A stretch of DNA of 62,939 nt, filler included, from Aduncisulcus paluster (taxonomy: Eukaryota), in NCBI GenBank assembly GCA_024181965.1. It is 5 parts of 5 records of this genome, joined end to end, with 100 filler letters (N's around TTAATTAATTAA, not from the genome) between each part and the next. Parts side by side here need not be neighbours in the genome. Positions count along the whole stretch, not along the records: positions 30,515 to 48,534 come from BQXS01012430.1; positions 48,635 to 60,050 come from BQXS01012431.1; 3 more parts are not named here. One strand, given 5' to 3'. The position numbers and the translations under genes were made by a program. This document shows, piece after piece, positions 45,680-57,848 of this stretch. How positions within the stretch are numbered: the stretch's first letter is position 1; each line of letters begins with the position of its first letter. The notes beneath the pieces are model-generated. The model made no database searches. It worked only from the letters and a program-made list of their open reading frames with translations, and was not told where the DNA came from.

Positions 45680-45960
45680 GGTCGATTCATCAAATCAAAA
45701 TTGATTCTTGAAAATATTACATCTTTACTGACAAATTATCTTTTAATTCGATAATTTTATTGTTGCGCCATCTTTTCTTGCAATAATATAACTAATTCGG
45801 TGTGAAAACGCCAGGGTGTGAAATAAGAAATTAATGGACTGATAATAAGTTATTTTCACATTGCAATGAAGTAACATTAATAATTCAATGGAAATAATTG
45901 CATTTTATAAATAATTCACCCTTTAGAACTTAAATCAATTTTTTTTTGCAGAACCATCCC

Positions 45961-47703
45961 ATGTCCCAGCAAAAAGAAGTAAGGAAAAGTAATATAGCAG
46001 CTGCGACAGGTATGTATTTCATATTCTTTTTTGATGCACTCCTTTCCACCGCAATGGTCTTTCTTATTTGTTTTGTGATTGGCGTTCTATAAATTATCAC
46101 ATTTTTATATTATTATTTCCATTTTCTAGCTATACAAGATATCGTTCGAACATCTCTTGGTCCCAGAGGGATGGATAAAATGGTTACTTCACACGATGGT
46201 AGAACTACGATTACAAATGATGGTGCCACTATTATGAAGGAACTTCAGGTTGCCCACCCGGCTGCAAGAATGCTCGTTGAACTTTCACAAGCCCAAGATA
46301 TTGAGGCCGGAGATGGTACTACTAGTGTTGTTGTCATGGCTGGTTCTTTGCTTAAGCAGAGTGAAAAACTGATTGATCTCGGGATTCATCCCTCCAAAGT
46401 TTCGGATGCTTTTCAACATGCTGAGGCCGAGGCCCAGAAAGTATTGTTGGGGATGAGCAAACCCATCCCAGTCTTTTCTGGCGAGTCCATACACACACCT
46501 GTTGATTTTTCAGGAGAAATTGTTGACACTGCCCCTCATTTCGAGCTTATTAGAGCCGCCGCTACTTCTTTGAGCTCAAAAGTTGTTCATCCATACTCTG
46601 ACCTGTTATCAAGGATTTCTGTCGAAACTGTTCGTCGATGTGTTGATCCTGCCAAAAGAGACTTTGTTGATCTCAATTTCATCAAGATGGTGAAGAGGAA
46701 AGGTGATTCCGTTGATAAAACTGAGATTGTTGATGGTCTTGTGTTATCAGGAAAGCCTGGAGATGAATGTAGGATTTCCAATGCCAAGATTGGTCTTATT
46801 CGTTTCTGTATTTCTCCCCCAAAGACTGATATGGACAGTTCTGTTGTTGTCAGTACTGCTGCTGATATCGATCGGATGGTGAGAGAAGAGTATGCGTACA
46901 TTCGTAAAATCTGTACTGCCATTATCAAAGCCAAGTGCAATGTTCTTTTGATTCAAAAATCAATTACTAGGACTGCCATTGATAATCAAGCCCTCGGGTT
47001 TTTTAAGAAGTATAATTCCAAAAGGGTAAAGGCAGGAAAACCGGGTATTTTGGTTGTTTCTGACATTGAAAGGAATGAAATTGAATTCATATCACGTACT
47101 TGTGGCTGCACTCCTGTTGCCACTATTGAAGAATTCACTTCTGAAAAACTTGGTTCTGCCGATCTCGCTGTTCGTGCAAAAAGTGGAACCGTTCGTATCA
47201 CTGGGTGTAGGCCAACTACTCCAGCATTCACCACATCCGTTCTGATTAGAGGTCCTCATGCCGATTTACTTGATGAGATTGAGCGTTCCCTCCATGATGC
47301 CATGTGTGTTATCCGCTGCTTTGTAAAGATGCCCTTCATGCTCCCCGGTGGAGGTGCAGCCGAAGTTGAACTCACGAGGCAACTCCAAAAGAAGTCCCTT
47401 GATATGACTGGAATTGAACGATACGCCATGCGTGCCTATGCTGATGCCTTTGAAGTCATTCCCCTTACCCTGGCTGAGAACGCCGGGCTTAATGCCATGG
47501 CCACCCTTGCCAAAATCAGATCCGTTCACAAAGAAGGAGGGAACTCTGCTGGGATTGAGGCAAAGACTGGAGAGATCCGTGATATGTTCGATGAAGATTT
47601 GCGAGTATTCCAGCCTCTCTTAGTGACATCTTCTGCTGTTAAGTTGGCGACTGAAACAGTGAGAACCATTTTGAAGATATCAGACATTGTTCTTGCCAAA
47701 TGA
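45961..47703 (+). CDS. CCT4: Chaperonin CCT/TRiC subunit delta; exons 45961-46009 and 46130-47703
   Basis: 120-nt intron GTATGT..TAG yields RKSNIAAATAIQDIVRTSLGPRGMDKM; QDIEAGDGTTSVV, FCISPPKTDMD, NVLLIQKSI. Confidence 0.95.
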
Positions 47704-48534
47704 GGCTTATATATGGGAGTTCGGAACTTCTAAATATTTAGAATCTCTATTTTTAGAAAACACACATCTATTTTTCATTCTGTCCCCCATATTCAATGCC
47801 AATATTTCCTTCTTCATCTTTTCATCAAAATTTCAATGATATGTATTTCCATGAATTTGTTGATTCTGTTAGTTGTTATAATTTGCTTTTTTGTGGGGAG
47901 CAAGGACTTAAATAAATCATTTAATATCCATCTTTACACAAACAATCCATCTGTTATATCGAGAGCTTGCAAATGTCAAGCTTGTGATTATTGGACACTT
48001 CATACACATGACAACGATGTTTGTTTGTAATAGAGAAAATGAACATGAAGAGAGAGAGAAAGGAGGTATTTGTATGTTCCATGCACCCCAAGCACTTGAA
48101 AACGATCGTCGAATGAATCGCTTGCAAAATAAACATAATAGAGCATTAAACAACCAATATACTACATGTGGATAGTGATAAATCTTTATGAATATTTATG
48201 TTGGTTCAAGGGAAATATTGAAATCTGATTCAGATCAACCAAAACATCGAATATTGCCACGAAATGTGAAAAGTGATCATTTTGTAGCATCCCGGGATAT
48301 TTTTGTCCTGACCAAGCGATGGATATTAATATTCCAGATATAAAATGTTATCATGGTGATCTAGACCACATGAAATTATGTGGAAAACTCGCAAGAACAA
48401 ACGATGGATTTGTGAGTGGAATCTTGCATTTCAAGTTAAAACATGATTTGGATGGGAAACAAGATTTTGATATCTGTCCTTTAATCGATGAACAAGCTTA
48501 TTCCATCCTATTTTCGCACTCTAGGATTTCTTCC

Positions 48535-48634
48535 NNNNNNNNNNNNNNNNNNNNNNNNNNNNNNNNNNNNNNNNNNNNTTAATTAATTAANNNNNNNNNN
48601 NNNNNNNNNNNNNNNNNNNNNNNNNNNNNNNNNN
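48535..48634. other. Artificial contig linker
   Basis: N44-TTAATTAATTAA-N44. Confidence 0.98.
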
Positions 48635-49335
48635 CTTTCACTTTTGCCCTTTTTATGCTCTTTTTTCCGACCTTTTTGAGAATCCTCCTCAATTTCACTA
48701 CTTTCATCTCGATGGGCTCTCAAATCATGGGAAGCAGACGATTTGAGCCATTGGATCTGTTGTTTCCAGGCTATTTCTCGTTCTAAATCCTTATTCAAGA
48801 TCTTTTGTTCATTTTTTGAAAGAGGAACATGTTCGGATCCATCTTCAATCCAACGTAGAGCTTCAGAGGGCCAAAAATAACTCCAAGCAATGGTTTTCCA
48901 TCGTTTTTCAACAGTAGAAGGAGGATGTGCTGCTGAACTTACAAATGGAGTAACATCTTGCCCATCATCGTCAGAGATAACAACTTGGAATATCACAAGA
49001 ATATCTTCAATAAATAGTTCACTTAACGCAAAATCAAGTGTGTGTTCATCATTTAATGTGAAAGAAAGTCGAGTTATGCTCCTTGCAAAGGCACTCTTAA
49101 TTGGAGGGGGTTCGAATTCGATAGATTTTGAAATAAATGGGTCAACATTAAAAGGAGTTGATATATCATCTACACTCAATGGAATAGACTTAACTTCAGC
49201 TGGAGTTAATGTTATAGCATCCAAAACCGACACGATCACTGCTAGTTGAGTATCACGGAAGTATACCGACCCTTTCGAAAAAGCTTTAACATTAGATAAA
49301 TTTAAAATAGATTTTAATTCAATGCTACAGGACAT
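48635..49335 (-). CDS. Hypothetical protein, 3'-truncated
   Basis: ATG ORF of >230 codons running into the linker; no family recognised. Confidence 0.65.
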
Positions 49336-49973
49336 ATCGATTGTTTTATGGTGTTATATGGCCACAAAACAACATTTTTGGAATTTGACGCAAAAATAAA
49401 TCGGAAATGGGGTATATATTCCACGCAATTTTATTATTATACTATTATGAATTCGATTTATGTAATAAAATCTGATACATATGCATATCGACCCTCCTAG
49501 ACATGATTTTCGGAAAACAATATTTGATCGGGTTAAAACGAATAATACAGTTGTATATGTGCATATACAAATCCTATTTTAATAATTATCGATAAAACTA
49601 TTCTAATATATCCTATAATTTGGAGGGAGCAGAAATGAGGTGAAATCCATGTATACGTGCCCACAAGAAACAGGTAAATGATTTAAGATTTTTTACAGAT
49701 CATAATTAGCCTAACTTCACAATTAAATAAATTAAAATAGTCATATTATTTTCTATTCTCCAGGAAGAGGTGACGAACTTGTTTCGCATGAATTAATAAT
49801 TAAATAATACAATCAGACGAAAAATAAAAATATAAGGCTCAGTTTATTGGTGTTTATTATTTGGACACCTCTTAAACAACAAGCTACATTCAATTAAACA
49901 ATATTTTTTTCTTGGAGCAGGTTTTTCCTGTTGATTTCCAAGGAAATTTGTGTAGTATTGAATTATTTGCCAT

Positions 49974-51878
49974 ATGATTGAAAAGATTGGTCGTGGAACT
50001 CGTATTGGCGATGTATGTTTATCCTTTTCTAATGCTCAAATTCAATTCTTATTTTATATACCACTAATCCTTTGATTATAGTATGTTTTAGGGAAGACAA
50101 TTGGTGAAGGTACATTTGGGAGGGTGAGACTTGCAACTCATGTCCCTACTGGGGAGAAAGTGGCAATGAAAATACTCGAAAAATCTCAAATGAAGGACAA
50201 GACTGATTTGGAGCGTGTTAATCGTGAAATATCTATTATGAAGCATTTAAACCATCCAAACATTGTTAAATTGTTACAAGTATTCACCACTCCTCATCGT
50301 ATCTTCTTGGTTCTTGAACATGTCACTGGTGGTGAATTGTTCGATCATATCGTCAAACACACCCGTATCGCTGAACCCGAAGCTTGTAACTTCTTCCATC
50401 AAATAGTTAACGGTATGTCCTATTGCCATAAGCGTGGTGTCATTCACCGTGATCTAAAACCAGAGAATTTGCTTCTTGATGAGCGTAATAGCATTAAAAT
50501 TGCTGATTTCGGTTTGTCTAACACATACAAGCAAGGTCAGTACCTTCACACCGCCTGTGGATCCCCTGCTTATGCGTCTCCCGAAATGATTGCCAACAAG
50601 GCTTATGCAGGAGAAATGAGTGATATTTGGAGTAGCGGAGTCGTTTTGTATGCCCTTCTTTGCGGTTACTTGCCTTTTGATGACCCAGATGCCTCTAGGC
50701 TGTATGACAAGGTTCTCAATGGAAGATTCTCCATTCCTCCTTTCGTCAGTGCTGGGGCCCGTTCCCTCCTTAAGAGTATTCTTATCACAGATCCTCGTAA
50801 GCGTGCTACCGTTGATATGATTCGTAAACACCCCTGGTACGTCCAGACATACACTGGCCCTAAGGAAGCCCCCGATGACACCCAGAGGTCCCTTCACCTT
50901 GATTTTGACATTGTCCAGAAACTTAGACAATACGATTTCCCCCCGAGTGAAGTCATAAATGCCCTTAACAACGGTAAACACGATCGTATTACTGCTGCCT
51001 ACTGGCTTATCTACATGAGGGAGAAAAAGAAGGCAATCAGAAGAGCAAAATCCAAGTCATTCCGTTTTATGAAACCTCTGGAACTTCCTAAACTCGATAT
51101 GTCCAAGAAGAAGAAGAAGAAGCCTGAAGATGCCACTTCTGACAAACCCAAGGGTGCTCCTGACACTCCCGCGGAGTCCTCTGCTTCTCCTTCACATGCT
51201 GTTGATGGAAAAGAGACGGACAGTGCCGTTTCACATGGCCTCGATGAAGCTATCGCCCCTGGTACTCCTTCTGGAACTGGCTATGATATTCAGATCCATC
51301 CTCCCCCAGCTACTGATTCACAGGCCCATAGAAAGAAGCCTGAGTCTGGAGAGAAGGTTCCTGCATCTCCCACGGTCTCCAAACCTCCTGCACAGGCCAC
51401 CACTCTGGCCGTCCCTGGTAAACAGAGGCCCCACAGACCCTCTCTTGCTGGTTACACGCAGAACTCTGCCCAACTTGCGGCCAAAGAGGTGAGATATAGG
51501 CGTGCCACTGTTATTGCCGGTGTGGCCCCCGAGATGGCGAGTCAGTCCCAGCGAAAGGAGGCTGAAGGTCAGGCCATCCGTAAGAAGAAACATAAGAAGA
51601 AAGGAACTATCACTCTTAATGCCAGCCCTGGTCAAAACCCCAAGGTTATCCTTGCCTCTCTACTCTCCTGTCTTACTGAGCTTGGTATAACCCATACCCA
51701 AGAACGCACTTATGCCATGCAATGTTCCGATAAGCTCCTTGGAGTGGCATTCCAGGCTGAAGTATGTCGGGTGCAAGGGAGGGAGAAAGTATACGTTGTG
51801 AGGTTGAGGATTGTATCGGGTGAGCAGAGGAGTTTCGACATTGTTGCCCAGCGGATCAGTGATGTCATCAAGTTGTGA
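49974..51878 (+). CDS. SNF1/AMPK-family Ser/Thr kinase (kinase + UBA-like + KA1-like); exons 49974-50012 and 50082-51878
   Basis: 69-nt intron GTATGT..ACTAAT..TAG restores IGDYVLGKTIGEGTFGRV; VAMK, HRDLKPEN, DFG, TACGSPAYASPE, LCGYLPFDD. Confidence 0.93.
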
Positions 51879-53060
51879 TCATTTTTTTAGATTGACATGG
51901 AATATTAACATAAGTAATTAATTAATTTAATCATTGACATATTATTAAGCCAAGGGGGTCTATAATTTTATTATGATGGTAAAACGATATATTATATAAC
52001 AAGTTGAAGAGTTGTTATCAAATCCAATAATTTATTCTATCTTAATTTTTGGATTTTTTTTTTACTTTTTGATTTGTATTTTATTTTGTTTTATTGGATC
52101 TACCTTTCTATTTAAATTCTATTCTATTATAATGATTACAATGATGCGTACCGTCGATTATTCTTCTTCTTTCGCACTGTTGTTGAATGTGGATTGGGGT
52201 ATTTTTTTGGTCTTTGTTTTATATATTTTATTATATTATATATTGTTATTTCAGTATTTTATTTTATTTTTATATTATTGTTGTTCGTATTGATATTTTT
52301 ATTGTTGATATTGTTAGAAGCTTTGAGAAAGTTTGAGTATTATTAGAATGCCGGAATACTCATCCATTCCATTGTTTCTGATCTATTTTTTATATGTCAA
52401 TATTAGAATTTTTTGCGACGTAAAAAAAAAGCACTAAAAAATATATTTGACAGGCCAATTTTGTCTCATTTTTTTTTTTTTTTTAATATCTGAATGATTT
52501 TCTTTTTGCGTTATATTATTGCCTTCATGTTCTTTATATTCATTTATATTTTCCCCATATTATGCTAATTATTGCAAGAATGAGACACGTGGCTAGACTC
52601 TGGTTGGTCTAGTATGTGCCAATCTCACTAATAAACGAAATGATAATTTTTTGCAGGAATCTTGGCCAAAAATATTCAAAATCATAATAAATTGAACAAA
52701 ATCATCAGAAATACACCTGTTGATGAAGGGGCCTTGTCATAAAACTATATTTTGTTCACTCAGAGTTAAATATGCCATAAATCTACCAACTTTCCTTTGT
52801 TCAGACGACATGGTGCTTCCAAATAAGGGTTAGGGACATGAATCTACAGAAAAGGATTTTGTCTGACATGTTTGTGCATACAAAATATGGCGAACTGTAA
52901 CAGTTCAACTGTTGAACTTCTTTTCTTCACTAAATAAGCACAATGAATGAGTCAAGTTGCATAACCTTCAAGTTGATTAACATATTATTGTGTTTTACGT
53001 TAATTCGTTTTTTTATACTTGCTCAGAACACGGGAAAAACACGATTCATCCATAGATGGA

Positions 53061-53128
53061 ATAATCATGTGATGAGTGTCACAATCTGACCTTCATTAGG
53101 CGTGATGAAGGGTATAAAGTGAGATTAT
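53061..53128 (+). ncRNA. Candidate compact box C/D-like RNA (second copy 56846-56913)
   Basis: ATAATC/GATTAT terminal stem; GTGATGA-10nt-CTGA-12nt-GTGATGA-10nt-GTGA. Terminal D box non-canonical; no target identified. Confidence 0.3.
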
Positions 53129-53310
53129 AAACAATTTATTGGCCAATAGATTGACATGTGCATCGAGAGATATCCACTTCTAAATGGATGAGATAATTCA
53201 GATGAGACAAGGTAGATACGAGAGAGAAGTAAAATTAAAAAGAATAACACACATCAATTCAAGTTGAATTGCAACTCTAGATTATGGTTGAGCGAGAATG
53301 AAAGTGGGAT

Positions 53311-53940
53311 CTATTCTTCCTTTTCTTCAGGTTTTGAAGCTTCGAACTTCTCAACAGCTTCAAGGAAACTCCTGGCCAAAGCAACAAACTTCTCTTTCTT
53401 TTGGCTTCCTACGGGACAGGCAGACATTCCAGCGACGAACTTGTCCATGAATCCTTCGGGCAAGTCTTCGTCGAATTTGATGTGACGTTTGATAGCTTTC
53501 ATGGCCATCATAGCCTTACCTTTACCACCCATTCCACAGGGGCCGTGCATACCCATTCCCATGCCCATTCCACAGGGGCCGTGCATACCCATTCCCATGC
53601 CCATTCCACAGGGGCCGTGCATACCCATTCCCATGCCCATTCCACAGGGACCCATTCCACAGCATTCTTTGTCTTTACCACATGGACCGTGCATACCTTT
53701 ACCACATGGGCCGTGCATACCCATTCCCATGCCCATTCCACAGGGGCCGTGCATACCCATTCCCATGCCCATTCCACAGGGACCCATTCCACAGCATTCT
53801 TTGTCTTTACCACATGGACCGTGCATACCTTTACCACATGGACCGTGCATACCTTTACCACAAGGACCCTTTCCACAGGGACCATGCATACCTTTACCGC
53901 AAGGACCGCAAGGACCGCAAGGACCATGCATTCCCATTCC
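53311..53940 (-). CDS. His/Cys/Met/Gly-repeat protein, copy A (5' part lost in gap)
   Basis: GMGMGMHGPC/GKGMHGPC repeats, two KDKECC blocks, nearly the same C-terminal domain as 57096-57848. Confidence 0.75.
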   Translation of the reverse strand, partial: GMGMHGPCGPCGPCGKGMHGPCGKGPCGKGMHGPCGKGMHGPCGKDKECCGMGPCGMGMGMGMHGPCGMGMGMGMHGPCGKGMHGPCGKDKECCGMGPCGMGMGMGMHGPCGMGMGMGMHGPCGMGMGMGMHGPCGMGGKGKAMMAMKAIKRHIKFDEDLPEGFMDKFVAGMSACPVGSQKKEKFVALARSFLEAVEKFEASKPEEKEE

Positions 53941-53960
53941 NNNNNNNNNNNNNNNNNNNN

Positions 53961-55032
53961 TACTAGTGGCAGCAGAGAGATCAACGATCTGAGACACAAT
54001 TTCTGGAGTCACAAGACAGTTCATCACACTGTCACAGCAAAGACAAGAGACAATATCGACAACGGCAGCAGTGCTGAAGCGGACGTTCAAATGTTTGAGG
54101 GCTTTGCGGGCATCGGCGATTGAGAGCCACTTGGAGAACAATCTCTTACCAACAGGGAGATTGAGAACACGAAGCTCAGTCTCATCGGTGGGGTTACCTT
54201 CCTCATCGTGGTTGATAACATTTCCACTTGCAAGAGCAGCGTAAAACAACATCATGGCCCCAACTCGTTTGTATTGTCCATCTTCCTCAGCTCTGAGGGA
54301 GTCACACAGCTCACGGACCTTCTCAAGTCCATGTTTAGTAATGTTACTCATAATTGAGAAAGAAAGAGCAAAAGTTGAGAGGCAGAAGATAAGCGGTTGG
54401 ATGTTGGTTCCGTGAAGGTTTTCACGGAGAATAGCAGCAAATCTATTTTCCTTTTTGAGGCTTAACACGTTGAAAACGGTGGAAGATCTGTGAATGCAAG
54501 CAGAAAACACAGATTCATCGTGAATACCAGTTCCACCCAAGACACAGGCAAATGTAGCGACAGCAGATAAAATGGAGCTTGGAAGGACAGTGTATGTTGT
54601 TAAAGGCACGAATGTCTCAGGAAGAGGGTTGGGAATCTTTTTAAGAGCATGAATAACACTTATAACATCAAAAATGATCTTCTCACAAGTATGTGTGTTG
54701 ATCATCTTTCCACTAAGACCTGTAAGGATAGTAGCAAGAATCTCACGCATGTTATAGAGACATTGACGGCTAAATTCATACTCCTGCTGCACAAGTTTGT
54801 CAAGATCTCTAAGATTCTTACTGGAGGTAGAGAGTACCCATTCATTCAATTTAGAAATAGAGTTAATTAGAGTTTCAACTGTTGTGGTGCCAAGAGTGAT
54901 GACATAACGAAGAACTTCAGGTTTCTCGACAAGGGCCTTTAAAACTGCACCTGAAGCCTCAAGAGATGCTTCAATGTCATCTTTCTTGAATGTTTCGAAG
55001 GCTTTTGTGATCGTTTGTTTGGCGGATTCCAT
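53961..55032 (-). CDS. Hypothetical helical-repeat-like protein, 3' end lost in gap
   Basis: Long open frame (TTG 55080, first ATG 55032); unrelated in composition to the repeat protein across the gap. Confidence 0.65.
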
Positions 55033-55610
55033 ATTTTGTGTGTCTCTCTCAATCAAATAATCTAATGATGTCGAAGACAATCAGTCACCGTGATTCCTGC
55101 GGAAATCGTTGACTTTTCAGAACGGAACCACAATGACTATAATATCAAATATTTAATTCGGTGGGAATAATTCACAAAATATATCATGATTTCTTCTTAG
55201 CCTCTTCGATGAGTGAACAGTTCACTGTGAACTTGTTCTGTATTTCACAAATTATGAAAGTAATATTAAATAATTTTTTGATAAAATATCATTTTAAATA
55301 TAAAAATATTATAGTCATGGTGATTCATTTATCTTTAGATTTTTCCGCAATTTGCGGACCGCAAATCAGCCCTTTTGGGCCATAATACGATCTTTGGTTC
55401 CGTTCAACATTTTATTCCAGCAAATTTTTTGATGATTAAAATTGTTTTGAACAAATTTGTCTGATAATATTCGTAGTGCGATTGTCATCTTCGCAACAAC
55501 AATCTCCATCAGTATTTCCTCCAGTAGAAACCGGGAATTTCGATTGGATGAAGAAATATCATTGTCATTTTTAAGTTTCCTTATCTTATCTTATATTTTA
55601 TTCAACATCT

Positions 55611-56192
55611 ATGATACTTATTCTTAACAATACTATTAAAGGCATTTCCGTTTTTGTATATAACCTCATAATGAAATCGCACATAACACCTGAATCTTCA
55701 CCTAAGACACCCAGTGATTATCAAGTTTTTGATAATCCTTGTCTTTCGCCTGTGTCTCCTGATAGAATTCTTCGTTATCTCTCGTTTTTGAAAGTGTATA
55801 AATTTATTTATAATATCTTTGACTATTTGTATTTGGAGCCAGAAGCTATGCTCGGAGCCATTGTGTATTTACAGAAGTTTTTATCGACATCGGTTCCATC
55901 CATCGCCTTATCAATATATAATTGGGAACGAATAATAACAACATGCATTATTATCTCATCTAAGATGTGGGATGGTAAAGACCGTTCTTTAACTTCTATG
56001 TGGTGGGCTTTACAACACTTTACCCGTATTTCTTCCTCTCACGAATATAAAAGGATGGAATTCTTAATTCTAAATTCATTGGGTTATTCATTGTATTTAT
56101 CTTCAAAGGATTATAAAGATATTTATTATATAGCGAAAGAACTTTGGTGCAAAACACGACTAACACAACGTTGGGAAATCAAAGAAAAATAG
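55611..56192 (+). CDS. Cyclin, cyclin Y/PHO80-like group (5' end uncertain)
   Basis: AIVYLQKF, NWERIITTCIIISSKMWD, MEFLILNSLGYSLYLS match a cyclin-Y-type cyclin box. Confidence 0.8.
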   Translation: MILILNNTIKGISVFVYNLIMKSHITPESSPKTPSDYQVFDNPCLSPVSPDRILRYLSFLKVYKFIYNIFDYLYLEPEAMLGAIVYLQKFLSTSVPSIALSIYNWERIITTCIIISSKMWDGKDRSLTSMWWALQHFTRISSSHEYKRMEFLILNSLGYSLYLSSKDYKDIYYIAKELWCKTRLTQRWEIKEK

Positions 56193-57095
56193 ATGTGAAA
56201 ATGCTCAATATTCTTAATAAAATTAACAAGTTCAGAGTTTCAAACTGTTCATAAGTTATGAATGTGGCTTGTCTGATATGATATTGTTCACAAAATAAAA
56301 TATTTATGTGGAAGTTCGTCAGACGATTTATATTTTCCCCATATTATGCTAATTATTGCAAGAATGAGACACGTGGCTAGACTCTGGTTGGTCTAGTATG
56401 TGCCAATCTCACTAATAAACGAAATGATAATTTTTTGCAGGAATCTTGGCCAAAAATATTCAAAATCATAATAAATTGAACAAAATCATCAGAAATACAC
56501 CTGTTGATGAAGGGGCCTTGGCATAAAACTATATTTTGTTCACTCAGAGTTAAATATGCCATAAATCTACCAACTTTCCTTTGTTCAGACGACATGGTGC
56601 TTCCAAATAAGGGTTAGGGACATGAATCTACAGAAAAGGATTTTGTCTGACATGTTTGTGCATACAAAATATGGCGAACTGTAACAGTTAAACTGTTGAA
56701 CTTCTTTTCTTCACTAAATAAGCACAATGAATGAGTCAAGTTGCATAACCTTCAAGTTGATTAACATATTATTGTGTTTTACGTTAATTCGTTTTTTTTA
56801 TACTTGCTCAGAACACGGGAAAAACACGATTCATCCATAGATGGAATAATCATGTGATGAATGTCACAATCTGACCTTCATTAGGCGTGATGAAGGGTAT
56901 AAAGTGAGATTATAAACAATTTATTGGCCAATAGATTGATATGTGCATCGAGAGATATCCACTTCTAAATGGATGAGATAATTCAGATGAGACAAGGTAG
57001 ATACGAGAGAGAAGTAAAATTAAAAAGAATAACACACATCAATTCAAGTTGAATTGCAACTCTAGATTATGGTTGAGCTAGAATGAAAGTGGGAT

Positions 57096-57848
57096 CTATT
57101 CTTCCTTTTCTTCAGGTTTTGAAGCTTCGAACTTCTCAACAGCTTCAAGGAAACTTTTGGCCAAAGCAACAAACTTGTCTTTCTTTTGGCTTCCTACGGG
57201 ACAGGCAGACATTCCAGCGACGAACTTGTCCATGAATCCTTCGGGCAAGTCTTCGTCGAATTTGATGTGACGTTTGATAGCTTTCATGGCCATCATAGCC
57301 TTACCTTTACCACCCATTCCACAGGGGCCGTGCATACCCATTCCCATGCCCATTCCACAGGGGCCGTGCATGCCCATTCCCATGCCCATTCCACAGGGGC
57401 CGTGCATGCCCATTCCCATGCCCATTCCACAGGGACCCATTTCACAGCATTCTTTGTCTTTACCACAAGGACCACATGGACCGTGCATACCTTTACCACA
57501 TGGACCGTGCATACCTTTACCACAAGGACCCTTTCCACAGGGACCATGCATACCTTTACCGCAAGGACCGCAAGGACCGCAAGGACCATGCATTCCCATT
57601 CCACATGGACCCATGCCCATCATGGGGTTGTGCATCATCATCATGTGATGGAACATCATCATACGCATAAAGGGACATGCGTGAGGACCGTGGAATCCAT
57701 GAGGACCGTGGAATCCATGAGGACCGTGGAATCCATGAGGACCGTGGAATCCGTGAGGACCATGAGGTGGGAACTCACCACAAGGAGGATGAGGACATTT
57801 GTGCTCCATAGGAGATTCGGGAGAAGTAGATTGTTCTTTGTTTTCCAT
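57096..57848 (-). CDS. His/Cys/Met/Gly-repeat putative metal-binding protein, copy B (alternative ATG at 57923)
   Basis: (HGFHGP)n, MMMFHHMMMMH, (GKGMHGPC)n, KDKECC, (GMGMGMHGPC)n, then a ~60-aa helical C-terminal domain. Confidence 0.8.
   Translation of the reverse strand: MENKEQSTSPESPMEHKCPHPPCGEFPPHGPHGFHGPHGFHGPHGFHGPHGFHGPHACPFMRMMMFHHMMMMHNPMMGMGPCGMGMHGPCGPCGPCGKGMHGPCGKGPCGKGMHGPCGKGMHGPCGPCGKDKECCEMGPCGMGMGMGMHGPCGMGMGMGMHGPCGMGMGMGMHGPCGMGGKGKAMMAMKAIKRHIKFDEDLPEGFMDKFVAGMSACPVGSQKKDKFVALAKSFLEAVEKFEASKPEEKEE

Larger units (their letters stand above)
52542..53940. repeat. Duplicated block (copy A) of 56326-~57602: 3' part of the His/Cys/Met repeat gene plus ~770 bp downstream flank
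   Basis: Near-identical from atttatattttcccc onward with scattered SNPs; the copies differ in repeat-unit number; copy A ends at the 20-N gap 53941-53960. Confidence 0.9.

Noticed and set aside
47836..48534. Short overlapping ORFs with Cys/His patches before the contig end
   Set aside because: Interrupted by stops, with no consistent splice model or recognisable family.
53500..53940. 30-bp and 24-bp repeats as a possible CRISPR array
   Set aside because: No unique spacers, unit lengths are multiples of 3, the repeats are coding, and there are no cas genes in a eukaryotic context.
53489..53992. Pro-rich (PIPQGPC)n ORF and other-frame repeat ORFs, also at 57274-57648
   Set aside because: Antisense or alternate-frame shadows of stop-free repeats; the minus-strand frame has unique N- and C-terminal regions.
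53311..55080. 589-aa ORF apparently fusing a helical protein to the His/Cys/Met repeats
   Set aside because: The join passes through a 20-N gap of arbitrary length, and the intact copy at 57096-57848 has its own different N-terminus, so this is most likely a scaffolding chimera.
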